IMG/VR virus record: IMGVR_UViG_3300022307_000003 | Location: 1 to 49,613 of that record | DNA length: 49,613 nt | Strand: one strand, 5' to 3' | DNA from: a virus | Taxonomy: Duplodnaviria > Caudoviricetes | Shown: piece by piece, positions 29,452-36,794 of the stretch | How the letters are laid out: the number at the start of each line of letters is the position of its first letter | Position numbering within the stretch: the first letter of the stretch is position 1 | The notes under the pieces: model-generated | The model's database searches: none | Told to the model about the DNA's origin: nothing | Seen by the model: the letters and a program-made list of their open reading frames with translations, nothing else | Made by a program: the position numbers and the translations under genes

Positions 29452-29682
29452 CTAGCGCTTCATGTCCCTGACCATCGCAGCTGTCAGCAGCTCCCGCACC
29501 AGCGCGGCGGCTGGCTTGCCATGCGTAGCTGCCCACGCGCCTATCGCGGCCCGCAGATCCGCCGTCATTGGCACGACCAGGCGGGCGGTCATGTTGTTCG
29601 TGCCCGGCTTGCGACCAGCGCCATCACGGCGCCCGCCTGAGTTAGCGCGGGCGCCGCCGTGGGTGGATTGCTTAGCGACCAT
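29452..29682 (-). CDS. RHH-like DNA-binding protein with GGARxxAGRK N-terminus
   Basis: MVAKQSTHGGARANSGGRRDGAGRKP, then a beta strand and two helices (AAALVRELL). Confidence 0.65.
   Translation of the reverse strand: MVAKQSTHGGARANSGGRRDGAGRKPGTNNMTARLVVPMTADLRAAIGAWAATHGKPAAALVRELLTAAMVRDMKR
29625..29666. repeat. 42-bp direct repeat, copy 1 (palindromic core)
   Basis: 41/42 identical to 32737-32778. Confidence 0.9.
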
Positions 29683-30067
29683 CGAAGTGCACGCCCGCAG
29701 CTGGGAACTGAGCTTTCGCTTCCGCGATCGCTTCCGCGCCGGAAGCCTCATCTGAGACATCCAGCGTGTCTCCGTGGTCAAATTCACCATTGGACCACGC
29801 CGAGTAACACCACGCGCAGTCGCGGCGGAACACATTTACCCTGTCTACGACAGGATCATCCTCCAGCGATGGCGCCCCCAACACATGCACACGCCACAGC
29901 ATGTCATTCTCGCTATCGGAATCGTTGCCCCAGAATTCGTGCACGCCGTTGGCCTTGACGCTGCCGTCACACTCAGACTCCAGCGCTACCAGCACCTCGG
30001 CGTCATAGTCGATCGTCACGATTTCGTCGTGGCTGCGGCTGCGGTCGATTGCTTCTTTCGCGGTCAT
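29672..30067 (-). CDS. Acidic hypothetical protein
   Basis: 131 aa, D/E-rich; ATGA overlap. Confidence 0.7.
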   Translation of the reverse strand: MTAKEAIDRSRSHDEIVTIDYDAEVLVALESECDGSVKANGVHEFWGNDSDSENDMLWRVHVLGAPSLEDDPVVDRVNVFRRDCAWCYSAWSNGEFDHGDTLDVSDEASGAEAIAEAKAQFPAAGVHFDGR

Positions 30068-30279
30068 GACGCCACCTCGAAGCCGATGTCCGCGGGGTCT
30101 ACCTCTGTGATGGTGCCATCAGTATCGACCTGGTAGAGCACGTCGTCGTCCTCCAGTATCACGCTCTCCTCGCGGTCCGCAGCCATGCGGCGTGCACACT
30201 GGATAGCCTCGTCGCACACTACCGATCCCTGGAGTCCACACGTCAGTTCCATTGCGTCCATGTCGTATATCGTTGCCAT
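30064..30279 (-). CDS. Small acidic hypothetical protein
   Basis: ATG at 30279 after AAGGAG; 71 aa, D/E-rich. Confidence 0.75.
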   Translation of the reverse strand: MATIYDMDAMELTCGLQGSVVCDEAIQCARRMAADREESVILEDDDVLYQVDTDGTITEVDPADIGFEVAS

Positions 30280-30351
30280 CGTCTCTCTCCTTGTTTCGGT
30301 GGCCGTCCCTGGCCACACAAAGACAATGACACTTGCTGGCTGGGGTGTCAA
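30280..30351 (-). promoter_or_regulatory. Early promoter/leader, copy 1
   Basis: TTGACA-17-CATTGT, then GTGGCC-AGGGAC-GGCCAC hairpin and RBS; overlapping inverted repeat TGACAC-N12-GTGTCA. Confidence 0.8.
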
Positions 30352-30382
30352 CAGAAATCAGCAAGGCGCTGTTGTTTTTTCG

Positions 30383-30422
30383 CCCGCCTCTACTGCCTCA
30401 CGGCGCAGGGGCGGGTCTTTTT
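30383..30422 (+). terminator. Intrinsic terminator, plus-strand orientation
   Basis: CCCGCCTCT...AGGGGCGGG followed by TCTTTTT. Confidence 0.6.
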
Positions 30423-30426
30423 GCGT

Positions 30427-30984
30427 TTAATTCGGCTCTGCAATCTTGCGCCCAGCAGTGAGTTCGCGGGTGAAGTGCTCGCGCATCATGGCTTTCAGCC
30501 CGTCCAGGGCTTTCCTGGGGCAGCCGGTATCGATATACGAGCCCATTCCGAGGTCGCGAAACTCGTCAACGATAGCAAGCCACCCACCCGCGCCCCACGG
30601 CATAATCGAGTAACCCCACTGCAGCGCCATCAGCCGCTCCACCTCTGCCTCAATCTCAGCAGGCGACGGGCCTTTGTGGGGCTCGATGCGATGCGCCTTC
30701 AAAGAGATGGGGTCACAGAGCGCGACAAGCTTTTCCAGCATCCCCCACACAGTAGATATTCTTGGCCCGTTCCAGTGGGCGCGCTGAATGACCAGGACGC
30801 GGCCAATCTCCCGCAAACACGCGTCAATCTCTACCTGCTTCGGGTCGGGTATCGGCACGATGTGATGGCCGTGGGCGGCGATTTTATCACGAATGGCTGC
30901 GCCGTCCACTCTGCTAGGCGTGCCGGTGTCCATCGTCGCAAGGTATGCAATTTTACCCAATGTGTGGTTATCTAGCTCATCCAT
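30427..30984 (-). CDS. Hypothetical protein
   Basis: GGAGG RBS before ATG at 30984. Confidence 0.65.
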   Translation of the reverse strand: MDELDNHTLGKIAYLATMDTGTPSRVDGAAIRDKIAAHGHHIVPIPDPKQVEIDACLREIGRVLVIQRAHWNGPRISTVWGMLEKLVALCDPISLKAHRIEPHKGPSPAEIEAEVERLMALQWGYSIMPWGAGGWLAIVDEFRDLGMGSYIDTGCPRKALDGLKAMMREHFTRELTAGRKIAEPN

Positions 30985-31030
30985 CTCAACCTCCATCACT
31001 TCCGTTGTCTACTGTTTCCGCCCGCGGCCC

Positions 31031-31059
31031 TTGACGCTGCCTGCCAGGTCCGCTATTGT
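31031..31059 (+). promoter_or_regulatory. Sigma70-type promoter antisense to the early arm
   Basis: TTGACG-17 bp-TATTGT. Confidence 0.7.
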
Positions 31060-31064
31060 GCCTT

Positions 31065-31166
31065 GAGTAAGGCTACCGCTGTTTGTTCAACCTGGCTCCC
31101 TCCTCCATCGTTCTATCATCCCTTGCATCGGCCCGTCAGCGTCTTCGGACTCTGGCGGGCCTTTTT
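31065..31166 (+). ncRNA. Putative ~100-nt small regulatory RNA
   Basis: Intergenic, with its own promoter, a C/U-rich core and a terminal terminator hairpin. Confidence 0.6.
31130..31166 (+). terminator. Intrinsic terminator of the putative sRNA
   Basis: GGCCCGTCAG-CGTC-TTCG-GACT-CTGGCGGGCC-TTTTT. Confidence 0.8.
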
Positions 31167-31175
31167 GCAATTGTG

Positions 31176-31394
31176 CTACTGACTCGATTCGCGTTCAGCC
31201 TCTACCAAAAAAGCGGCGGCCCTGTGCCAAGCACACGCAAACCCACCTATCACGGATTGACCGCTCGGTACGCATTCCACGCACGCATGGTCTGTCACGC
31301 GGTCATACCTGGTAAGGCGATGGGCCATCACCAGGGCCAGCTCATGCAACCTATCCGATTCCGTCTCACCGCGGTACCAATCTTTCATATTCAC
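31176..31394 (-). CDS. Small Cys/His-containing hypothetical protein
   Basis: GGAGGTG RBS; CVEC...CAWH; start at 31394 or 31388. Confidence 0.65.
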   Translation of the reverse strand: MNMKDWYRGETESDRLHELALVMAHRLTRYDRVTDHACVECVPSGQSVIGGFACAWHRAAAFLVEAERESSQ

Positions 31395-31406
31395 ACCTCC
31401 TATCAG

Positions 31407-31480
31407 TGCTACCGGCTGGGATTGAACCAGCGACCACCGCCTTATAAGAGCGGCGCTCTAACCAACTGAGCTACGGTAGC
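31407..31480 (-). tRNA. tRNA-Ile(UAU)
   Basis: Acceptor stem GCTACCG/CGGTAGC plus discriminator A; D-arm AGCTCAGTTGGTTAGAGC; anticodon arm CCGCT-CTTATAA-GGCGG; T-loop GGTTCAATCC; CCA not encoded. Confidence 0.92.
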
Positions 31481-31487
31481 GGGTACG

Positions 31488-31799
31488 TCACTCCACCGAC
31501 TTTCCCAGCACACCACGCACAATGCCATCGTCATCAATGTCAAGAAATGTGATGGCTCCATCTGGCACAGGCTCTACATGCAGCCCGCTTAGCAGCTCAG
31601 GGGCCAGGTGTACGCACAGCACGCTGCGGACAAATCCAGGCACCGTTTGCCCGCCCACTGCCGCCTTCGCTTTCAGCTCCGCATCCATCGCTCGCGTGAT
31701 GAACGTCGTCATCCGCACTGACAGCGGGTCCGCAGACGGCTTGCGCCCAGCGCCAACTCGCGGGCCACCGCGTTTGCTTTTGGGTTTCTTGGGGGGCAT
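31488..31799 (-). CDS. RHH-like DNA-binding protein with GGPRVGAGRK N-terminus
   Basis: VRMTTFIT strand, then helices (VPGFVRSVL); AGGAGG RBS. Confidence 0.7.
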   Translation of the reverse strand: MPPKKPKSKRGGPRVGAGRKPSADPLSVRMTTFITRAMDAELKAKAAVGGQTVPGFVRSVLCVHLAPELLSGLHVEPVPDGAITFLDIDDDGIVRGVLGKSVE

Positions 31800-31811
31800 T
31801 AGAATAACCTC

Positions 31812-32195
31812 CTAGTCTTCGTCCTTTGCGCGCCATTCACACTCCGGACAGTAGCTGGTATCCGTAGTGCATGCCCCGCACGGCGGGTGCCCCGTGTGAC
31901 AGGTGCATCCCTCCACATCGCGGAATGCAACGACGCCGCTGCACACGGCTCCATCCACGATCCTGTTACACGGCTCGTCCTCACTCCTCCCGATAGCCAG
32001 AAACGAAGCTGTACCCACGTTGCGTGATGGATGCGCCGATATCATCGGCCTGTCAACCACAGAAAACTTCCGGCCGGAGCGACGCTCACTGTCTGACATG
32101 ACGTACTTGCCGCAACCCCGGTTGTCGCATACGGGAATGGTTATCCCGAGCCCTACATACATGTGTTGCCCGCAAGCTTTGCAGATTGGTGTCAT
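31812..32195 (-). CDS. Cys-rich zinc-finger-like protein
   Basis: CKACG, CDNRGC, GCTCHTGHPPCGAC, CPEC. Confidence 0.65.
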   Translation of the reverse strand: MTPICKACGQHMYVGLGITIPVCDNRGCGKYVMSDSERRSGRKFSVVDRPMISAHPSRNVGTASFLAIGRSEDEPCNRIVDGAVCSGVVAFRDVEGCTCHTGHPPCGACTTDTSYCPECEWRAKDED

Positions 32196-32196
32196 G

Positions 32197-32511
32197 TTAC
32201 CCCTCATCGCCCAGGTAGAAGTCGCCACCCATGCGCGCCTGAGCCAGCGCCCGCTCGGCCGAACCTTCTCCGTTGTCGCGGTCATACAGCGCCACAAGCA
32301 CGTCATCTGAACCGATGTCACACTTGATTACACGGCCATTCACGTAGTCGAATGACATTCGAGGATCCTGCTTGATGAGCGCCTTCGCTGAGTGTTCAGA
32401 GAGGTCTCCCGGCATTTCATGAAAAACCCCGAGCCCCTGAACGCGTGCCCCACGATATAGTGCGCGCAATACTGCAACCTTGCTCAACCCTGCAATGCTC
32501 ACTGTTCCCAT
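32197..32511 (-). CDS. Conserved phage hypothetical protein
   Basis: ISIAGLSK-like start, FDYVNGRVIK, LYDRDNGEG. Confidence 0.7.
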   Translation of the reverse strand: MGTVSIAGLSKVAVLRALYRGARVQGLGVFHEMPGDLSEHSAKALIKQDPRMSFDYVNGRVIKCDIGSDDVLVALYDRDNGEGSAERALAQARMGGDFYLGDEG

Positions 32512-32523
32512 CGCTCCATCCTC

Positions 32524-32709
32524 CTATTGGCTGTCACTCACGCGGACAAGCACCGCATGCCCAGTATCTGCATCTCGCCACTCTCCACCTGAACTTGGGA
32601 TCAGGTGTGGGCGCTCAAACTCTAGCACGTCGCACATGTCAAAGAATTCTTCTACACTGTCAAATTCTTCGCACACATTGTCATACAAATCGCTGATACA
32701 CTTGAGCAT
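32524..32709 (-). CDS. Small acidic hypothetical protein
   Basis: AGGAGG RBS; EEFDSVEEFFD. Confidence 0.7.
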   Translation of the reverse strand: MLKCISDLYDNVCEEFDSVEEFFDMCDVLEFERPHLIPSSGGEWRDADTGHAVLVRVSDSQ

Positions 32710-32736
32710 CTGATCCTCCTATTGGTTGTACTTAAC

Positions 32737-32778
32737 CACGGCGCCCGCCTGAGTTAGCGCGGGGGCCGCCGTGGGTGG
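32737..32778. repeat. 42-bp direct repeat, copy 2 (intergenic)
   Basis: 41/42 identical to 29625-29666. Confidence 0.9.
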
Positions 32779-32783
32779 GTGGG

Positions 32784-32996
32784 CTATTCACCGTCCTCGC
32801 CATCCTCGTTCTCTAGCAGCGCGGCGCGCACTTGCGCAGGCTTTAGTTCTGACATAACGGTACTGAAGAAGACCCACGCGTCGCCCCGTCTTTGAAAAAC
32901 TTTGACTGCCTGCACAGTCGACGCGCTCGCGACTAGATAGTCGCCTTCCGCTCGATAAGAATATTCGCCGTGCCTGAATTCGATGTCGTTGCTCAT
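32784..32996 (-). CDS. Small hypothetical protein with acidic tail
   Basis: ATG at 32996 after GAGGAG. Confidence 0.7.
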   Translation of the reverse strand: MSNDIEFRHGEYSYRAEGDYLVASASTVQAVKVFQRRGDAWVFFSTVMSELKPAQVRAALLENEDGEDGE

Positions 32997-33069
32997 TGTC
33001 GGTTCTCCTCTTAGTGGCGGCCTTCCCTGACCACACAAAGACAATGCACCATCCTTTGATTGGGTGCAA
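32997..33069 (-). promoter_or_regulatory. Early promoter/leader, copy 2
   Basis: TTGCAC-17-CATTGT, then GTGGTC-AGGGAA-GGCCGC hairpin and RBS; inverted repeat TGCACC-N12-GGTGCA. Confidence 0.78.
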
Positions 33070-33075
33070 GCGAAA

Positions 33076-33909
33076 TCAAACATCGATGGTCGATTTCCTG
33101 CCGATTGTCGAAAAGCGCAATGGTTGTGCGATGGAATCCGCCACGCGTTGGGCGGCATACCTGCCCGCGTTGTTCAGGCGCCGTTGCCAGGCGCCCTCGC
33201 TTGGCGCCCATCGGAAGCCGTTCCGCTTGAGAATGTCGCGGGCATCCTTGCTTGGCTTGCCCTCAAACACGAGCTGGACCCGGTTGGCTTCAACGTTCTC
33301 CACCACCGTGAATCCGGAGAATGACTGGGGCTCGGCCGGCTGCTGGGCCGCGCTTGCCTTCAATTCATCGATGCGCTTCGCGGTGGCGCGGATGTTCGCC
33401 CCCAGATTGGTAAGCTCATAGGAAGCGAATATGCTCGATGCCGTGAATCCCGTCCTGATGGCGCTCTCGCGCATCCGGGTTACCGCGGCATCATTTAGCC
33501 CAAGGGCAACCCCGACTGCTGGCCATCCGCCTTTGCGGTAGGCTTTGTTCGTGGCCTTCATCATGTCGCGCTTGGCCTCCAGTTTCGCGAGCTTCTCGGA
33601 CAGCTTCTCGACGGCCCCGGGGTCGTCACTGCTCACGCCTGCAGTCCCGATGGCGTCTGCCTTGCGTTGCAGGCGCCGCGCTTTCTGCTCCAGCTCTATG
33701 GCCTTCCTGGTGCCGGCAATAATGCGGTCTTGGTAGCGTCGCGCTCGCTGCTCACTGTGGTGCCCGACAAGAATAGGCTGGCCGAGTGGAATGCTGTCAG
33801 CGAGCGCGCGAGCCGAGCCGGCCACCCGGCTTGATTCAGCGCTTGCCCTCGCCGAAGCAGCCTCGACGCGCTCGCGCTTGGCTTTTTGCTTTGCCTCGTA
33901 GGGATTCAC
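33076..33909 (-). CDS. DUF3560 domain protein
   Basis: IPLGQPILVGHHSE, VSSDDP, LTNLGANIR and GFRWAPS.GAWQR motifs; GTG start at 33909. Confidence 0.88.
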   Translation of the reverse strand: MNPYEAKQKAKRERVEAASARASAESSRVAGSARALADSIPLGQPILVGHHSEQRARRYQDRIIAGTRKAIELEQKARRLQRKADAIGTAGVSSDDPGAVEKLSEKLAKLEAKRDMMKATNKAYRKGGWPAVGVALGLNDAAVTRMRESAIRTGFTASSIFASYELTNLGANIRATAKRIDELKASAAQQPAEPQSFSGFTVVENVEANRVQLVFEGKPSKDARDILKRNGFRWAPSEGAWQRRLNNAGRYAAQRVADSIAQPLRFSTIGRKSTIDV

Positions 33910-34106
33910 AGCGCTACCCCTTCGATGGCGACAATAGCCTCCTCGCGAAGCCCGTTGCGAAGGAACACAAGGCGCCCGCTGCGCGTGTTGCGAATCAAGG
34001 AGTGCATCCCGCCACGCTTGCCGTTGAGCCAAACAGCTGCGCCGGGATTGCTCATGTCGACGGTCTTCGTGGTCGTGAACTTGCTGCCGTTGATGCTGAT
34101 TTCCAT
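33906..34106 (-). CDS. Small hypothetical protein
   Basis: ATG at 34106 after AGGGAG. Confidence 0.7.
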   Translation of the reverse strand: MEISINGSKFTTTKTVDMSNPGAAVWLNGKRGGMHSLIRNTRSGRLVFLRNGLREEAIVAIEGVAL

Positions 34107-34181
34107 CGCCTTGCTCCCTGTTTCCCGCCGGTCATCCCTGCCGACAAGAGAAACTATGCCACCATCTTTGATTGGGTGCAA
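34107..34181 (-). promoter_or_regulatory. Early promoter/leader, copy 3
   Basis: TTGCAC-17-CATAGT, then GTCGG-CAGGGATGA-CCGGC hairpin and RBS. Confidence 0.78.
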
Positions 34182-34238
34182 GCAAAATCAACCCACCCAT
34201 GTCGTTTTTCCACGGCTAGCGCAGAAAACCCAACGATT

Positions 34239-34490
34239 TCAAGCGTCTGCCCTATGGAAATACGTCCGCACTCGCCATGGCTTGTCGCCCTCCTCGCCTG
34301 TGTACTCGTAGCCGCTCATCGGGCAACCCTCCACTGCGCTGACCCAGCTGAGGCATGCTCCGTGGCTGACGACGTACAGCGCCCTGTGGGCTCCCTCGCT
34401 GTGCGCAATCTCAGCGGTGGCGCCATGGTCAAGGCTCCAGTCTATCGCATCCATCGCCGCGGTGAGCGCAGTGCGATTTGCGTCAGGCAC
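34239..34490 (-). CDS. Hypothetical protein
   Basis: Operon-packed; GGAGAGG upstream. Confidence 0.5.
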   Translation of the reverse strand: MPDANRTALTAAMDAIDWSLDHGATAEIAHSEGAHRALYVVSHGACLSWVSAVEGCPMSGYEYTGEEGDKPWRVRTYFHRADA

Positions 34491-34830
34491 CTGTTAGCCT
34501 CTCCAACTTTTCTTCGATAGCATCACGCAGGAATTGCGCGACGGTTCCGCCTGCCACGGCTGCAGTCACTAGCGCGGCGGTGTCGTCGTCTACGTACGTG
34601 ACTAGCTGGACTGGACGAGGTGGCTTATCGATCGGACCGTGCGTCGCGTAGACATCCGCGGGCAGCTTCCGTTGCTCCGTGCGGTGACTGCAACTGTAGC
34701 GGAGCACCACAGCGTGGGCATCGATAGCGCACAACTCTTTTGTGGTCCGCCACTTCGCAGACGCGAGCACAGTCCCAGGCCCCCACCCGCGCGCTCGGCA
34801 TGTATCAGCGGCGTGGATCATGGTGCTCAT
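34483..34830 (-). CDS. Hypothetical protein with C-terminal RHH-like segment
   Basis: VQLVTYVDDD..TVAQFLRDAIEEKL. Confidence 0.6.
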   Translation of the reverse strand: MSTMIHAADTCRARGWGPGTVLASAKWRTTKELCAIDAHAVVLRYSCSHRTEQRKLPADVYATHGPIDKPPRPVQLVTYVDDDTAALVTAAVAGGTVAQFLRDAIEEKLERLTGA

Positions 34831-35003
34831 AGCGTTACCTTCACAATCTTATAGCCCGCGCGCGCAAGATATGCCGACAGCTTGCCTACCCGTGTTGTCG
34901 GGCTGTCCTTGGGCATCACGATGTGCCCAGATTCTGAATAGTAGAAATCGTCAACCCAGTCATCTAACTCTAGCGCTAGCTCCCTCGCTTCATTTTCGGT
35001 CAT
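34827..35003 (-). CDS. Hypothetical protein
   Basis: ATG at 35003; overlaps both neighbours. Confidence 0.55.
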   Translation of the reverse strand: MTENEARELALELDDWVDDFYYSESGHIVMPKDSPTTRVGKLSAYLARAGYKIVKVTL

Positions 35004-35487
35004 GATGACGCCACCTTCCTGCCCGGTAGTGCCACCCGCCAAACGCCCGCACAGCTCGCCAGATTAGCCAAGCTCGGGCGCGGTCGGCTGCCCACCTGGC
35101 CCGAGGTGGGTTGTCAATGCGCATCAGTAGCCCACGGAATCCGAATGCGTGCACGGTCTTGCGCGCACTGTGCCACTCATCAAACCTGTAGCAAATCATC
35201 CGATACAGATTCCAGTCCGCATCCTTCTGCGGTATGAGCCCCCATCGATACTCCCAATCGTGAAGCATCGCCGCTTCCGCAAGCCGCGAATCCATCGGGC
35301 TGCCGATAAGCCACCACAGCCAGCGCGGGATAGACGCGCCGTCTGTCGTCGTGCCTTTCGGGATGATGCCACGCGGGGTGTGCCAGTCTTCTGCGAGCGC
35401 CCATAGCCTTTTCCCAGGCACAGGCACAAATCGGATTGTAGGCCGCCCGTCGTCGCCGTTCATCCACGAGTGGTCGTATTCAGTCAC
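34990..35487 (-). CDS. DUF1353 domain protein
   Basis: IPKGTTTDGASIPRWLW...AAMLHDWEY...AVRAFGG. Confidence 0.85.
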   Translation of the reverse strand: MTEYDHSWMNGDDGRPTIRFVPVPGKRLWALAEDWHTPRGIIPKGTTTDGASIPRWLWWLIGSPMDSRLAEAAMLHDWEYRWGLIPQKDADWNLYRMICYRFDEWHSARKTVHAFGFRGLLMRIDNPPRARWAADRARAWLIWRAVRAFGGWHYRAGRWRHHDRK

Positions 35488-35684
35488 TTGGAAACCTTCG
35501 CCCTTTCCTCCGGCGTGATCGCCCACATTGATTCGAGTCGCTTGCGGAAATCTTCGACGATTTGGCGCGATTCGTTAATCATAGCGTGCAGCACCGTGTT
35601 ATGAACCGACTCGTCTTGAAGCGCCTTGTGTCCGGTCGCCGGGTCACGCATGTAGAGGGATTGGATCTTGTGGTAAAGCATCAC
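35484..35684 (-). CDS. Small protein whose N-terminus resembles phage RNA-ligase-family proteins (possible remnant)
   Basis: YHKIQSLYMRDP. Confidence 0.45.
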   Translation of the reverse strand: MMLYHKIQSLYMRDPATGHKALQDESVHNTVLHAMINESRQIVEDFRKRLESMWAITPEERAKVSK

Positions 35685-35740
35685 TCTGTTCCTTTCAGCT
35701 CGCGCATCCGCTTGGCTATCATCGGGATGTTGTCACTCAT
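35681..35740 (-). CDS. 19-aa translationally coupled micro-ORF
   Basis: MSDNIPMIAKRMRELKGTE; stop/start overlaps on both sides. Confidence 0.4.
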   Translation of the reverse strand: MSDNIPMIAKRMRELKGTE

Positions 35741-36147
35741 TCGCCACCCGCCTTCCTTGCCATCCGCAGAATCTTGCCCGCTAGCTCCGAAAACCCATCG
35801 CGCCTAGCTATCTGCCTAACGTCACCGCCTCGCAGTATCGCGCGGAACAACTCACCCATCAGCTCGGACTCAGCGCCAGAGTAAGACATTGACGACCTCT
35901 TGTAATGCTTGCCCTGGTAGAAACCGCTGGACGTTTCGCCGTCCTTGCAAACGAACTCGCCAGCATCGTTGCGGCCGTGGCTGCGTTGCCCGAGTAGACA
36001 TGTCTTGCGCCTGCACTTGAGCATTGGTCTTGCGGGCGCGATAAGAGCACTACTGCCAACAGCCAATGGTGCGCCGTACATAGCTTCTACGAAGTGAACT
36101 ATTTCTTCAGCACGGGTATGCGCCCTGCCATTCATGTGGACCTCCAT
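35737..36147 (-). CDS. Hypothetical protein
   Basis: AAGGA/GGAGG RBS; Cys/His cluster. Confidence 0.6.
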   Translation of the reverse strand: MEVHMNGRAHTRAEEIVHFVEAMYGAPLAVGSSALIAPARPMLKCRRKTCLLGQRSHGRNDAGEFVCKDGETSSGFYQGKHYKRSSMSYSGAESELMGELFRAILRGGDVRQIARRDGFSELAGKILRMARKAGGE

Positions 36148-36177
36148 CCTTGTTTAATATCGGCTGTCGCGCGCGGG

Positions 36178-36486
36178 TTACATGAACGCGTGGACGCACC
36201 AGCCTACAGCTAGTGATACAAACGGTTTTCCTAAACCTAAAATGACCAACGTCGTCATGCTCTTGTTTTTGACATCTAGTTGCGCGCCCCCAGCTATGCC
36301 GTTTACCAACACCCCAATGCCGATAGCATGCACAAGCCCTATCGGGCTAGCACCAGTTGGCACGATGAACCATGACCACATGACTGAAATGGACCACGCG
36401 TTTAATGCTACAATGGCGGGCACGGATAAAATCCCTGCCATAGCTTCTGCGAATGACACTGTTTTCTTCATCGTACTCTCCTTCAC
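36178..36486 (-). CDS. Membrane protein (about 3 TM)
   Basis: Hydrophobic; MWSWFIVP motif common in phage membrane proteins. Confidence 0.7.
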   Translation of the reverse strand: MKESTMKKTVSFAEAMAGILSVPAIVALNAWSISVMWSWFIVPTGASPIGLVHAIGIGVLVNGIAGGAQLDVKNKSMTTLVILGLGKPFVSLAVGWCVHAFM

Positions 36487-36794
36487 TTGTTTGCAAGCTC
36501 AATCAGCACATCAACATGACACGCTTCATCTAGCTTGCACGTGCATCCTAGGTCGTGGCCGCGGAGTGCTAAAAGCCAGCACTCCCATTTTGAGTCAGCG
36601 TCAAGGACTATCTCAGATATCCGGAACAGAATCACCGCATCTTCGCGTGTTATCGCCCTAGACTGGATTGGGTGCGGGTCCCCTATCCTGTACGGGTTCC
36701 CATAGTGGCTTGTGCGGTCGCAAATAATCCCGCCCTCTGGCTTGCGCCAGCCTTTCGTGCGAAGGCGTTGGAAGCGTTTGGGTTTGCTCGCCAT
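36483..36794 (-). CDS. DUF4326 domain protein
   Basis: RTKGWRKP...YGNPY...LRGHDLGCTC...CHVDVL. Confidence 0.85.
   Translation of the reverse strand: MASKPKRFQRLRTKGWRKPEGGIICDRTSHYGNPYRIGDPHPIQSRAITREDAVILFRISEIVLDADSKWECWLLALRGHDLGCTCKLDEACHVDVLIELANK

Noticed and set aside
30980-31130. Minus-strand CsrB-like sponge (many GGA motifs)
   Set aside because: The promoter and U-tailed terminator both face the plus strand, and the GGAs are not in evident repeated hairpins; not fully excluded.
31407-31480. tRNA as a prophage attachment site
   Set aside because: No duplicated tRNA 3' end or integrase, and phage genes continue on both sides.
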